A DNA stretch of 32,000 nt from Candidatus Saccharimonadota bacterium (GCA_001029695.1 CP011211.1:120001-152000); one strand, 5' to 3'; numbered from the stretch's first letter, positions 16,304 through 24,654 are shown. The notes: generated by a model from the sequence alone, not told the origin. Program-made: numbers and translations.

Positions 16304-18239
16304 ACCAATTACACTCAGCAATGGCGAGCTTCACGTCGGACTCAATAACTTTGGTCTCGTACATGACTTTTACTACCCGTACGTAGGGCTCGAGAATCAC
16401 GCGGCCGGACAGTCGACACGACATCGCGTTGGAGTTTGGGTTGATGGCAGGTTAAGCTGGCTCGATAACCCTGACGAGTGGACATTCCAATTCCGCTATC
16501 CGCAGCGTGCGCTGATCGGCCATACTGTCGCGAAGAACGAATCGTTAGGTATACTGCTAGAAATAGACGACTTGGTCGATGCACATGTCAGTGCTTTCAT
16601 ACGTAACATTCACGTCGTCAATCTTCACGAAAACAAGCGTGAGATACGACTATTCATGCATCAAGCATTTGTCATTGGTGATTCAAGAAGTAATACCGAT
16701 ACTGCGCAGTACCTTCCTGATAGCGACGCGATACTTCATTACCGTGGTAGACGCGCATTTATTGTCTCGGGTATGCACAACGATAAACCGTTTGATCAGC
16801 ATAGTATCGGTATGTTTGGTATCGAAGGACATGAGGGTACGTATCGTGATGCAGATGACGGTGAGCTCTCTGGCAGTAACGTAGAGCACGGTCGAGTTGA
16901 TTCAACACTCCGCTTTAAGCTGGATATCGAAGGGCACAGTTCAGAACGTGTCCATTACTGGATTGCAGCGGGCACCTCCACGCGCGAAGCGCTATATGTA
17001 GACAAACATATCCGGAGCAAAGGCGTCAGTAAGCATATCCATGACACTGCTTCATGGTGGCATACCTGGCTCGAGCCCGCAGTAAAAGCGGCTGATAAAC
17101 TGCCTGATATGTATCGAGAGTCTTTCTTGAGAAGTATCATGCTTATTAAGGGTCAGACAGATAATCGCGGTGCGGTGATCGCAAGTACTGACAGCTCAAT
17201 GCTGAACTACTCCCGCGACGCATATGCTTACTGCTGGCCGCGTGATGGAGCCTATGTCCTATGGCCACTAATTCGTATGGGATACACCGAAGAGCCACGA
17301 CGCTTCTTTGAGTTCTGTCGCCGTGGACTTCATCCAAGTGGCTACTTGATGCAAAAATATCGCGCTGACGGAGGATTGGGAGCAAGTTGGCATCCATACG
17401 TTCATGGCAATACAGTTGCGCCTCCTATACAAGAGGACGAAACTGCTCTTGTCGTGTTTGTGTTTGCACAGTTTTTTGAAACGTCAAAAGACAAACATCT
17501 TATTACGGATTTTTACGAGAGTATGATCAAGCCTATGGCTAACTGGATGGCTGAGTATATAGATGAGACTACGGGTCTTCCAAAGCCAACCTACGACCTA
17601 TGGGAAGAGGTGTTCCTCACGACGACATATACTACTGCGACAACGTATGCGGCGCTATTGTCTGCGGCTGACCTTGCGAGCGAGGCTAACGATCCAGACA
17701 GTGCTGTAAAGTGGCGGGCTGCAGCTGATGACATTCTCGATGCTGCTCATAAGCATCTATTTAACGAAGAGCGTCAGTCGTTCTATAAGGGTCTTATCGT
17801 TGAAGACGGCGAAATCAAGAAGAACGATACGATAGACAGCTCGAGTGTATTTGGATCGTTTATGTTTGGGTTATTCCCTGTCGGCAGTAAAGAGCTGACT
17901 GCAGCGTTCAAGACGCTACAGGAGACCTTCACTGATGATCAGAACCGCTATGGCTACCCACGCTACGAATGGGACACGTATCATCGAATCGATGAGCGAA
18001 GCAAGGGAAACTGGTGGTTTATTACCTCTCTTTGGGTCGCTCAGTATCAGCTCGAAAACGATAACCATAAAGAAGCCGATGACATCCTTAAGTGGATTAC
18101 TTCACTGCAGGCAAAAACTGGTGTAATGTCAGAACAAATCAATCCAATCGATAGTGCACATGTATCTCCGTCGCCACTCACATGGAGTCATGCTGAGTAT
18201 GCCGCAACACTCCTAGATACTATTACTGAAAAGAAGTAG
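16296..18239 (+). CDS. glycoside hydrolase family 15 protein (glucoamylase/glucodextranase-like)
   Basis: YCWPRDGAYV and YDLWEEV are motifs of the GH15 catalytic domain. It overlaps the GH57 gene by 8 nt. Confidence 0.85.
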   Translation: MARPITLSNGELHVGLNNFGLVHDFYYPYVGLENHAAGQSTRHRVGVWVDGRLSWLDNPDEWTFQFRYPQRALIGHTVAKNESLGILLEIDDLVDAHVSAFIRNIHVVNLHENKREIRLFMHQAFVIGDSRSNTDTAQYLPDSDAILHYRGRRAFIVSGMHNDKPFDQHSIGMFGIEGHEGTYRDADDGELSGSNVEHGRVDSTLRFKLDIEGHSSERVHYWIAAGTSTREALYVDKHIRSKGVSKHIHDTASWWHTWLEPAVKAADKLPDMYRESFLRSIMLIKGQTDNRGAVIASTDSSMLNYSRDAYAYCWPRDGAYVLWPLIRMGYTEEPRRFFEFCRRGLHPSGYLMQKYRADGGLGASWHPYVHGNTVAPPIQEDETALVVFVFAQFFETSKDKHLITDFYESMIKPMANWMAEYIDETTGLPKPTYDLWEEVFLTTTYTTATTYAALLSAADLASEANDPDSAVKWRAAADDILDAAHKHLFNEERQSFYKGLIVEDGEIKKNDTIDSSSVFGSFMFGLFPVGSKELTAAFKTLQETFTDDQNRYGYPRYEWDTYHRIDERSKGNWWFITSLWVAQYQLENDNHKEADDILKWITSLQAKTGVMSEQINPIDSAHVSPSPLTWSHAEYAATLLDTITEKK

Positions 18240-18269
18240 TCTGGAGTTTGGCCAATTGCCAAGGAATAT

Positions 18270-18297
18270 AAAAAACGCCAATTGCTGGCGTTTTTTA
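18270..18297. terminator. bidirectional terminator between convergent GH15 and rpmG
   Basis: The sequence is AAAAAACGCCA-ATTGC-TGGCGTTTTTT, a stem flanked by A and T runs. A second small hairpin, TTGGC-CAATT-GCCAA, lies just upstream at about 18248-18262. Confidence 0.6.
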
Positions 18298-18316
18298 TAT
18301 CGTTTAAGGTTAGAGA

Positions 18317-18523
18317 TTAACCCTTACGTGGTTTCACTTCGTTGCGACCAAGACTCTTTTTTGTCTCAGTATATGTCGCATGCTTACGTGCAACTGGATC
18401 GTACTTCTTAAGGCTGATCTTTTCAGTTGTGTTCTGAGTGTTCTTTGTTGTGTAGTAGGTACGGTGACCAGAAAGTTCACTCACGAGACCAACCAATTTA
18501 CGCTTTGTATTCTTCTTTGCCAT
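18317..18523 (-). CDS. rpmG: 50S ribosomal protein L33 (Cys-less form, short C-terminal extension)
   Basis: [48 protein letters not shown] aligns with the E. coli-type L33 sequence KLVSSAGTGHFYTTTKN...RKFDPVVRQHVIYKEAK. Confidence 0.85.
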   Translation of the reverse strand: MAKKNTKRKLVGLVSELSGHRTYYTTKNTQNTTEKISLKKYDPVARKHATYTETKKSLGRNEVKPRKG

Positions 18524-18616
18524 TACTTACTCGCTTAGATTTATTATTGCAATCTTATGTATATTAGCATAAAAACGGTGCCCTGACTAGTGTTTACCGG
18601 CAGTTCGGCACAAAAA

Positions 18617-18691
<75 letters not shown>

Positions 18692-18741
18692 GCACCTCGG
18701 ACAATTGTATCAAAAACTATCCGAGTTTCCAAGAGAGGCTA

Positions 18742-19485
18742 CTACTGGAGCGGGATGTTAAAGACAGCCCCGTTACCACCCATATATGTCGGTAGTTTGC
18801 CGTCCCACTTCTCTATCGCTTGCTTCTGGAGGTATTCTTGAGTAAGCGTCTCACTTTGCGCACGTTGTGCTTCGGCGTCTGTACGGGCAGCCTCGAGGTT
18901 AAACTTAGCACGCTCGGCATTTTGCTGAGCAACTTGTTTCTCTTCGATTGCTTTGCCGAAGCTATCGCTAAACTTGAAATCAACAATGCTGAGTTCGCTC
19001 ACCTTTATGCCATAAGGAGCAAGGCGATCAGTTAGTGTCTTTTGTGCAATTGTCTTTAACTTACTTCGCTCTGTGATCAGCTCTGCAGCCGTGTATTCAG
19101 CACTTGCAGCCTTAAACACTTCATTGATAGCAGGTGTGACGATTTTGTCTATATAAAGGGCGCCGATCGTCTGATGAACTCGACTAACGCTTCCACGTTC
19201 AAGGTTGTAGTTCACGACAATTTGGCTGCTGACATCTTGGAGGTCTTTACTCGCTGCTGTGCTGGTTACAGCTTCTTTTTGTACCTTAATGTCATATACC
19301 GTGACGTTATTGAGGCCCCATGGCATAACAAATGACAAGCCTTCTGTTAGCTCACGGCCTGTTACTCGTCCATATTGTGTGACGACACCTACTTGGCCTG
19401 TTCCGATAGTCTTCAGACTGGTCAAGAAAGTAATAACGAGAAGGACAGCTATGACAATAGCAATTGTTAATTTTTTACGACTCAT
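18742..19485 (-). CDS. SPFH/band 7 (prohibitin-like) membrane protein
   Basis: The start is placed at ATG 19483-19485, which has GGGGAGAG upstream. An N-terminal TM helix is followed by QVGVVTQYGRVTGRELTEGLSFVMPWGLNNVTVYDIKVQ, and the C-terminus is coiled-coil. Confidence 0.85.
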   Translation of the reverse strand: MSRKKLTIAIVIAVLLVITFLTSLKTIGTGQVGVVTQYGRVTGRELTEGLSFVMPWGLNNVTVYDIKVQKEAVTSTAASKDLQDVSSQIVVNYNLERGSVSRVHQTIGALYIDKIVTPAINEVFKAASAEYTAAELITERSKLKTIAQKTLTDRLAPYGIKVSELSIVDFKFSDSFGKAIEEKQVAQQNAERAKFNLEAARTDAEAQRAQSETLTQEYLQKQAIEKWDGKLPTYMGGNGAVFNIPLQ

Positions 19486-19544
19486 TGGATTTCTCTCCCC
19501 TACGATCTGTGCGGTTTTTATCATAATGCCTTTAGTATAGCATG

Positions 19545-19856
19545 CTACTTTTTAGTAGTCGTACGCTTGCGAGTGGTTTTTTTTACTTCATCAATAGGGA
19601 GTGTATCTTCGATAGTAATGCGGAACAATATAAATGACTGCAGTAGCGCCCAGATGATTGCATTGACTAGGAATATTGCTGCTGCTGCGATAGCTACAGC
19701 GAGAATTTGCTGACCTAAGTTTTGATTGATCAGTCCAAAAACTCCCGCGACAACAAGGAGGCCAATAGCGATGGCAATATACGTATGCTGTAGTTTTTGT
19801 CGTTCTGTCGTCTCAAGGCTCCAGGCAGTGAGTGATTCTTTTAGTGAGTGATACAT
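19545..19856 (-). CDS. hypothetical small membrane protein (103 aa, 2 predicted TM helices)
   Basis: This is an intact ORF with GAGGT 9 nt upstream. It has two hydrophobic stretches and a basic tail (KKTTRKRTTTKK). Confidence 0.5.
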   Translation of the reverse strand: MYHSLKESLTAWSLETTERQKLQHTYIAIAIGLLVVAGVFGLINQNLGQQILAVAIAAAAIFLVNAIIWALLQSFILFRITIEDTLPIDEVKKTTRKRTTTKK

Positions 19857-19932
19857 GTAGTGGTTACCTCATTAGCTATATTAGTATTATTTTAGCACTT
19901 ATAGCGAATATTGTCAATCTGTAATTTATCTA

Positions 19933-19961
19933 TTGAAATTTTGTTTGGAGTTCGGTACTAT
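19933..19961 (+). promoter_or_regulatory. promoter TTGAAA-17 nt-TACTAT for the tRNA-Thr/tRNA-Tyr pair
   Basis: TTGAAA is at 19933-19938 and TACTAT at 19956-19961. The tRNA starts 12 nt later. Confidence 0.45.
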
Positions 19962-19973
19962 TGTTTAGGTAAT

Positions 19974-20050
19974 GCCGCTTTAGCTCAGCTGGTTAGAGCA
20001 GCTGTTTTGTAAACAGCAGGTCTACGGTTCGAATCCGTAAAGCGGCTCCA
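19974..20050 (+). tRNA. tRNA-Thr (anticodon TGT)
   Basis: The acceptor stem is GCCGCTT/AAGCGGC and the anticodon arm is GCTGT-TTTGTAA-ACAGC. The T arm is TACGG-TTCGAAT-CCGTA and CCA is encoded. Confidence 0.9.
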
Positions 20051-20091
20051 TGATAAGATAATGATCTTAGTTCGTTGTTTTATCAGGGTAT

Positions 20092-20176
20092 GCTGGAATC
20101 GTGTAGTGGCAATCACAGGAGACTGTAAATCTCCCGCCTTTCGGCTTCGTAGGTTCGAGTCCTACTTCCAGCACCA
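20092..20176 (+). tRNA. tRNA-Tyr (anticodon GTA), class II with a long variable arm
   Basis: The acceptor stem is GCTGGAA/TTCCAGC and the anticodon arm is GGAGA-CTGTAAA-TCTCC. There is a long variable arm. The T arm is GTAGG-TTCGAGT-CCTAC and CCA is encoded. Confidence 0.9.
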
Positions 20177-20183
20177 AAGCAAG

Positions 20184-20206
20184 ATAGCCCCATGCGGGCT
20201 ATTTTA
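20184..20206 (+). terminator. terminator after tRNA-Tyr
   Basis: ATAGCCC-CATGC-GGGCTAT is followed by TTTT. Confidence 0.55.
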
Positions 20207-20238
20207 CTTTCATATAAGTCTAGAAGGCGCATTACTTC

Positions 20239-20247
20239 TGCTATAAT
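20239..20247 (+). promoter_or_regulatory. extended -10 box TGCTATAAT, 6 nt before the ATG at 20254 (leaderless-type)
   Basis: TGCTATAAT occupies 20239-20247. The spacer TTCACA follows, then the ATG. No SD is possible in the intervening space. Confidence 0.5.
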
Positions 20248-20253
20248 TTCACA

Positions 20254-20526
20254 ATGAACACATCTGAATATAGGCGAAAAACTCATCCTGAACTGTACAG
20301 GCGTAGCTGGCCCTACACTATTACTACCGCTATCTTATTTATTTTGGTAATTGGCGCAATGATCACTTCATGGCGATATCTTGGTCATGACCTATATATA
20401 ATTGGATTTGTCCTTGTTCCGACCGGACTTGTCGCTCTGATACTCCTAGCTGCAGCCGTAAACGGACGAAAGCACATTGTAAAAGAAGCGTGGGCTGCCT
20501 GTCTTGAGCTGATATTTTGGTGGTAG
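20254..20526 (+). CDS. hypothetical small membrane protein (90 aa, 2 TM helices)
   Basis: This is an intact ORF with two hydrophobic helices and a promoter abutting the start codon. Confidence 0.5.
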   Translation: MNTSEYRRKTHPELYRRSWPYTITTAILFILVIGAMITSWRYLGHDLYIIGFVLVPTGLVALILLAAAVNGRKHIVKEAWAACLELIFWW

Positions 20527-20527
20527 A

Positions 20528-21178
20528 CTAGACGACGCGCCGCGGCTGAACAACCCGCTTTGGCTGCCCTTGGGGGATGATCATACGAGCCGCTTTTTCG
20601 CGGAGCTCAAGTGATAGTTCGGCCTGACCTACTCGCTCGTAGGCGTCGGCAAGGATATTTAGCGTCTGCGGAATTGGATCAATTTCTACGGCGCGCTCAA
20701 GTGATTCAATCATCTTTTTATTGTTACCAAGCTTTTCTTGTACTTTTGCATAGGCAATATGACGTGCAGACAAGTCACCTTCCATCTCAAGTGCTTGTTC
20801 AAATGCGAGAGCCGCTTTGTCATAGTTTTTTGTCTCAAAGTAGATCAACCCAACGTTATGGAGGCTACTGGCGCTCGGTTCAAGACTTTGAGCAATCTCA
20901 AAGCATTCGATTGCGTCTTTAAATGCTTGCTGCTTGGCATAGAGGATGCCCAGACGGTTATAGGCGGTGGCATTGCGTTCATCAACGCGAAGTATCGTTA
21001 GGAGTGCTTTCTCAGCACGAAGATACTTCTTTTCTCGCAATGATTCCTGAGCAACTTCCCATAACCTATCTAACTTTTCTGATAGTTTAACAGGAAGATC
21101 AAGTGATGCGTCCTCGAGTGTTTTTCGATAAAACACAGCGATTCCACCGAACAAAGCAACTAATATAAGACCTAACAT
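20528..21178 (-). CDS. TPR-repeat protein with an N-terminal membrane anchor
   Basis: The N-terminus MLGLILVALFGGIAVF is a TM helix. Repeated TPR-like units follow, such as AYNRLGILYAKQQAFKDAIECFEIAQSLEP and LHNVGLIYFETKNYDKAALAFEQALEM. Confidence 0.75.
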   Translation of the reverse strand: MLGLILVALFGGIAVFYRKTLEDASLDLPVKLSEKLDRLWEVAQESLREKKYLRAEKALLTILRVDERNATAYNRLGILYAKQQAFKDAIECFEIAQSLEPSASSLHNVGLIYFETKNYDKAALAFEQALEMEGDLSARHIAYAKVQEKLGNNKKMIESLERAVEIDPIPQTLNILADAYERVGQAELSLELREKAARMIIPQGQPKRVVQPRRVV

Positions 21179-21189
21179 ATCAATTTTTA

Positions 21190-22044
21190 TTATACCACAG
21201 AGCGAGCGAGGTGAAGTCGGATGTTTCCGTTTACATTTAACGCATCTTGCGTGTCAATTAGCTGGGTTAGTTTTGCAGCCTGTGCTGTATTTTTTGTACT
21301 CTTCAAGACAACCGTAAGTTGCATCATCATATCACCTAGAAGCGTCACCGCTCCGCTGCGATCGTCTTTGTAGGCGTGCGCGGTAAGCAACTTCTCGTAT
21401 GGTGTGCCGCTGATCATCGTTTTTGCATCTTGCATGATCTTTATTCGTTTCTCGTAATACGCATCATCTTCTTGGAGGCGTATAATTTCCGCGGGCAGTC
21501 CTTTTGCGATAAATTGTAGCCGGGATCGCTTCATCTGATCAATATTCGAGACCGAGTTAAGTAACTCGTCTGTCTGCTCTTGCAGTACAGGGAGTATCTG
21601 AATCGTCTGACTGCGAGATATGATCGTTGGTAGTAATTTATCGAGTCGATGGGTCGCTAAGATAAAATGCGTTCCATCTTGCGGCTCTTCGAGAAGCTTT
21701 AAAAAAGCATTCTGTGCCTGCACTGACATCGTTCTGTCTCCAAAATCAAACACATAAACGTGTTTCTGGCTGTGCTTGGTGCGTGTTGACGAGTATAACT
21801 CACGAATGTCGTCAATAATCATACTGCCCGCATTAAAATCTACAGAAAACTTGCCGTCACTACCCTTTTTCTTTGGTTCGATAGTAAGTGAGGGGGATCC
21901 ATGGTGTTTCGCAAGTTGCTTTGCGATTGTGGCTACGCCAACCCCAGAAGGACCACTTAAGATCAGCGCATGAGGAAGATTCTGACTGATCATATCAATG
22001 TGTAGCTGCGTAGTTGGGTGAATAATGAGCGGAGATTGTGTCAT
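21190..22044 (-). CDS. holB: DNA polymerase III delta' subunit-like clamp-loader protein
   Basis: LPHALILSGPSGVGVATIAKQLA is a degenerate P-loop without GK[ST]. LKLLEEPQDGTHFILATHRLDKLLPTIISRSQ is the sensor/SRC region. Confidence 0.75.
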   Translation of the reverse strand: MTQSPLIIHPTTQLHIDMISQNLPHALILSGPSGVGVATIAKQLAKHHGSPSLTIEPKKKGSDGKFSVDFNAGSMIIDDIRELYSSTRTKHSQKHVYVFDFGDRTMSVQAQNAFLKLLEEPQDGTHFILATHRLDKLLPTIISRSQTIQILPVLQEQTDELLNSVSNIDQMKRSRLQFIAKGLPAEIIRLQEDDAYYEKRIKIMQDAKTMISGTPYEKLLTAHAYKDDRSGAVTLLGDMMMQLTVVLKSTKNTAQAAKLTQLIDTQDALNVNGNIRLHLARSVV

Positions 22045-22062
22045 TATATACTGATCTGACGG

Positions 22063-23226
22063 TTATTTGTCTTTATGAATTAGTGCAGCAAACTCATCTG
22101 GTACTGGAGCAGCAAATACTTTACGTTCGCCACCTGGAATAGTGATCTCGAGGCTCTTGGCATGTAGATATAGCCTGTCAGCTTGCTTTCCATAAACTCG
22201 GTCGCCATGAATTGGTGTGCCCATGTAACTTGTATGGACTCGCAGCTGATGTGTGCGACCAGTCTTTGGACGAAGCTCAACAAGGGAATATGTATCGTCA
22301 CTATCGAGCACATCGTACGCTGTTTGTGCTACCTTGCCCTTGGCATCGACACGGAAGGTACTTGGCGCAGACGGATTTCGCCCGATAGGAAGATCTATAA
22401 CTGCGCTCCGATTCTTTGGCTCACCGTCAAGAACGGCGGCATAGATTTTCTTTGTCTTTCGATCTGCAAATTGCTTCTGAAGCAGAGTTGCCGTCTCTTC
22501 ATTGCGTGCACCGATCATAACGCCGCTTGTATCACGGTCGAGTCGATGAATAATTCCTGGCCGATTTGTGTCCGCATTGTAGGTTGAGTAACGCCCGAAA
22601 AAGTCAGCGACAGTAAACTCATCATTTAGCGCGCCCTTACTGTGAGTTAAGACGCCAATCGGTTTATTGATAACAATAACATTATCATCAATATAAATGA
22701 TCGGAAGCTCTTGATCGCTAAAATCGGTTGGTTCAGGAACGGTAATAGCAATACTGTCGTATTCAGTAATATCCTTCTTAGGAGAGAGCTGCTCGACACC
22801 GTTTACAGTAACGTGTCCTGCTTTGATATACTTCTGCCAAGTACTTCGCGATGTCTCTGGATAGCGTTCGGCAAGTTCGGCGTCAAGTCGACGCTTGCCG
22901 GACATGACTTCGAAAAGATACGCATCCTTACCCTTGAACGGAAGGCCATAGGTCATAGTATGATCATGTGGATTTTCTATAAACTCTCCGAGAACATTGG
23001 CTTTATCTGTGCGAATCTGCTCAAGAAGATAGTCCACATCATCCTCTGCCGTATCATCAACGACAAGATAAAAACCTCGTTTGAGGAAACGAAATGATAC
23101 AAGTGTATTGATGGCATTTGGATGAGAAAATCTCACCTGTTCGATGTGACGAGGTACATGTTCGTCACCAGCCAAGTCAAACTTCCGAAGAAGTCCTAGT
23201 ATGTCATTACTTGCTATTTTTACCAT
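22063..23226 (-). CDS. rluD: RluA-family 23S rRNA pseudouridine synthase (RluD-like) with an extra N-terminal region of about 100 aa
   Basis: The S4-like segment is RRLDAELAERYPETSRSTWQKYIKAGHVTVNG and the catalytic motif is HRLDRDTSGVMIGARNEE. The start is supported by AAGGAG 4 nt upstream and a 1-nt gap to the trpS stop. Confidence 0.85.
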   Translation of the reverse strand: MVKIASNDILGLLRKFDLAGDEHVPRHIEQVRFSHPNAINTLVSFRFLKRGFYLVVDDTAEDDVDYLLEQIRTDKANVLGEFIENPHDHTMTYGLPFKGKDAYLFEVMSGKRRLDAELAERYPETSRSTWQKYIKAGHVTVNGVEQLSPKKDITEYDSIAITVPEPTDFSDQELPIIYIDDNVIVINKPIGVLTHSKGALNDEFTVADFFGRYSTYNADTNRPGIIHRLDRDTSGVMIGARNEETATLLQKQFADRKTKKIYAAVLDGEPKNRSAVIDLPIGRNPSAPSTFRVDAKGKVAQTAYDVLDSDDTYSLVELRPKTGRTHQLRVHTSYMGTPIHGDRVYGKQADRLYLHAKSLEITIPGGERKVFAAPVPDEFAALIHKDK

Positions 23227-23227
23227 G

Positions 23228-24352
23228 TTACTCCTTTGGTCTTAAGCCGACGGCTCTCTGAGCGCGAAGGAGGGTTTTGTTTGCGGATGCACGCATTGCT
23301 ATTTCTGATGATTCTAATTTTTCGAGTACTTTACTGTCATCTACTTCTGAAAGATTAGCCTGGAAGTTAGTAAGGAAGCCTTCGACTTCGTTTGCGACAA
23401 CTTTCTTGAAGTCGCCATAGCGAGTATGACCTTCAAACTCCGCAACGACGTCATCAAGTGGCGTGCCGCGAAGTAGCGATAATATCTCGAGTAGATTAGT
23501 GATTCCCGGCTGATTTTTTCGATCAAACGCAATCAACGCTAGATCGTCAGTTGTCGCACTCATGACTTTTTTTGCTGCCAGTTTTGGGTCATCACTTAGG
23601 AAGATAACACCCTTGCCTGATTCGTCTGATTTGCTCATCTTTTTTGATGGAGTTTGAAGATCCATAATCCTAAGCCCCTGGCCTTTTCCAAAGAACTCAT
23701 GCTGTTTTGGTGCAGCGAGCGGGACAGTAAAGATACTGCCAAACTTACTGTTCATACGCTCAGCAATATCGCGAGTATACTCAAGATGTTGAGTCTGGTC
23801 ATCGCCGACAGGAACATACAGCGCATCATATAAAAGGATGTCTGCCGCCATAAGAACAGGATAGTTGAAAAGACCGACAGAGATACGTTCAGATGAATGC
23901 ATCGCCGATTCTAGCGCCATTGCAGTGTTTACGAGCGGACTTTCCGCCTGCTCATCTTTAGTTGCATTGAATGCATCGTTACTTAATTTATTTGACTTGT
24001 CTTTAAACTGAGTCATTCTTTGCATCTCGCCCATGCCAGTGAAGCAATCGAGGATCCAGGTTAGTTCACTGTGTGCGGAGATATAGCTCTGGCGGTAGAG
24101 ATGTATTTCGTTGTTATCTAGCGGTAGTCCTGCGGCAACAAAAAGTCGAGCGTTATTCATAACCTGGGTTTGCAGCTCATCATGATTAATTGGCGTCGTA
24201 AAGCTATGGAGGTCAGGAATAAACATATTGATTTGATACTCCGATGACCTAGCTTTCGCCATCTCAATAATCGGCAACATCCCACCGAAGTAGTTACCGA
24301 GCGTTAAGTCGTTGTTGGCACGAAGACCAGTCAAGATTACAGATTTTGTCAT
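23228..24352 (-). CDS. trpS: tryptophan--tRNA ligase
   Basis: TLGNYFGG is the HIGH-region equivalent. MTQFKDKS, GLFNYPVLMAADILLY, VGDDQTQHLEYTRDIAERMN and KKMSKSD (KMSKS) all align with E. coli TrpRS as I recall it. Confidence 0.9.
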   Translation of the reverse strand: MTKSVILTGLRANNDLTLGNYFGGMLPIIEMAKARSSEYQINMFIPDLHSFTTPINHDELQTQVMNNARLFVAAGLPLDNNEIHLYRQSYISAHSELTWILDCFTGMGEMQRMTQFKDKSNKLSNDAFNATKDEQAESPLVNTAMALESAMHSSERISVGLFNYPVLMAADILLYDALYVPVGDDQTQHLEYTRDIAERMNSKFGSIFTVPLAAPKQHEFFGKGQGLRIMDLQTPSKKMSKSDESGKGVIFLSDDPKLAAKKVMSATTDDLALIAFDRKNQPGITNLLEILSLLRGTPLDDVVAEFEGHTRYGDFKKVVANEVEGFLTNFQANLSEVDDSKVLEKLESSEIAMRASANKTLLRAQRAVGLRPKE

Positions 24353-24355
24353 AGC

Positions 24356-24625
24356 TTACTCCATTATACCGTAGTTGCCGTCACTTTTGACATATTGCAT
24401 ACTAACATTGTGTCGTGCAGCTTCTAGCTTGAGCTGGTGAACCCGCTCCATGCCGCCAAGATGTACCGGGTAAGGGTTGCGTATCGTCGGGTTGTACGGA
24501 AGCGATTGCATGCATACCCGAAATAAACTACTCGCCTGCTCGGCCGTGACGGGCCTATCGATGTACATTTCGCCATCGGGATACTCAATAGTAAGAGGTG
24601 GGAGGGATGATTTGTGTGATTCCAT
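24356..24625 (-). CDS. hypothetical protein (89 aa), translationally coupled to trpS
   Basis: This is an intact ORF with AAAGG 7 nt upstream. Its last codons (..ATGGAGTAA) supply the GGAG SD for trpS 3 nt downstream. I recognise no domain. Confidence 0.45.
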   Translation of the reverse strand: MESHKSSLPPLTIEYPDGEMYIDRPVTAEQASSLFRVCMQSLPYNPTIRNPYPVHLGGMERVHQLKLEAARHNVSMQYVKSDGNYGIME

Positions 24626-24654
24626 AAATGAACCTTTCGTATGTTATGAATAAT

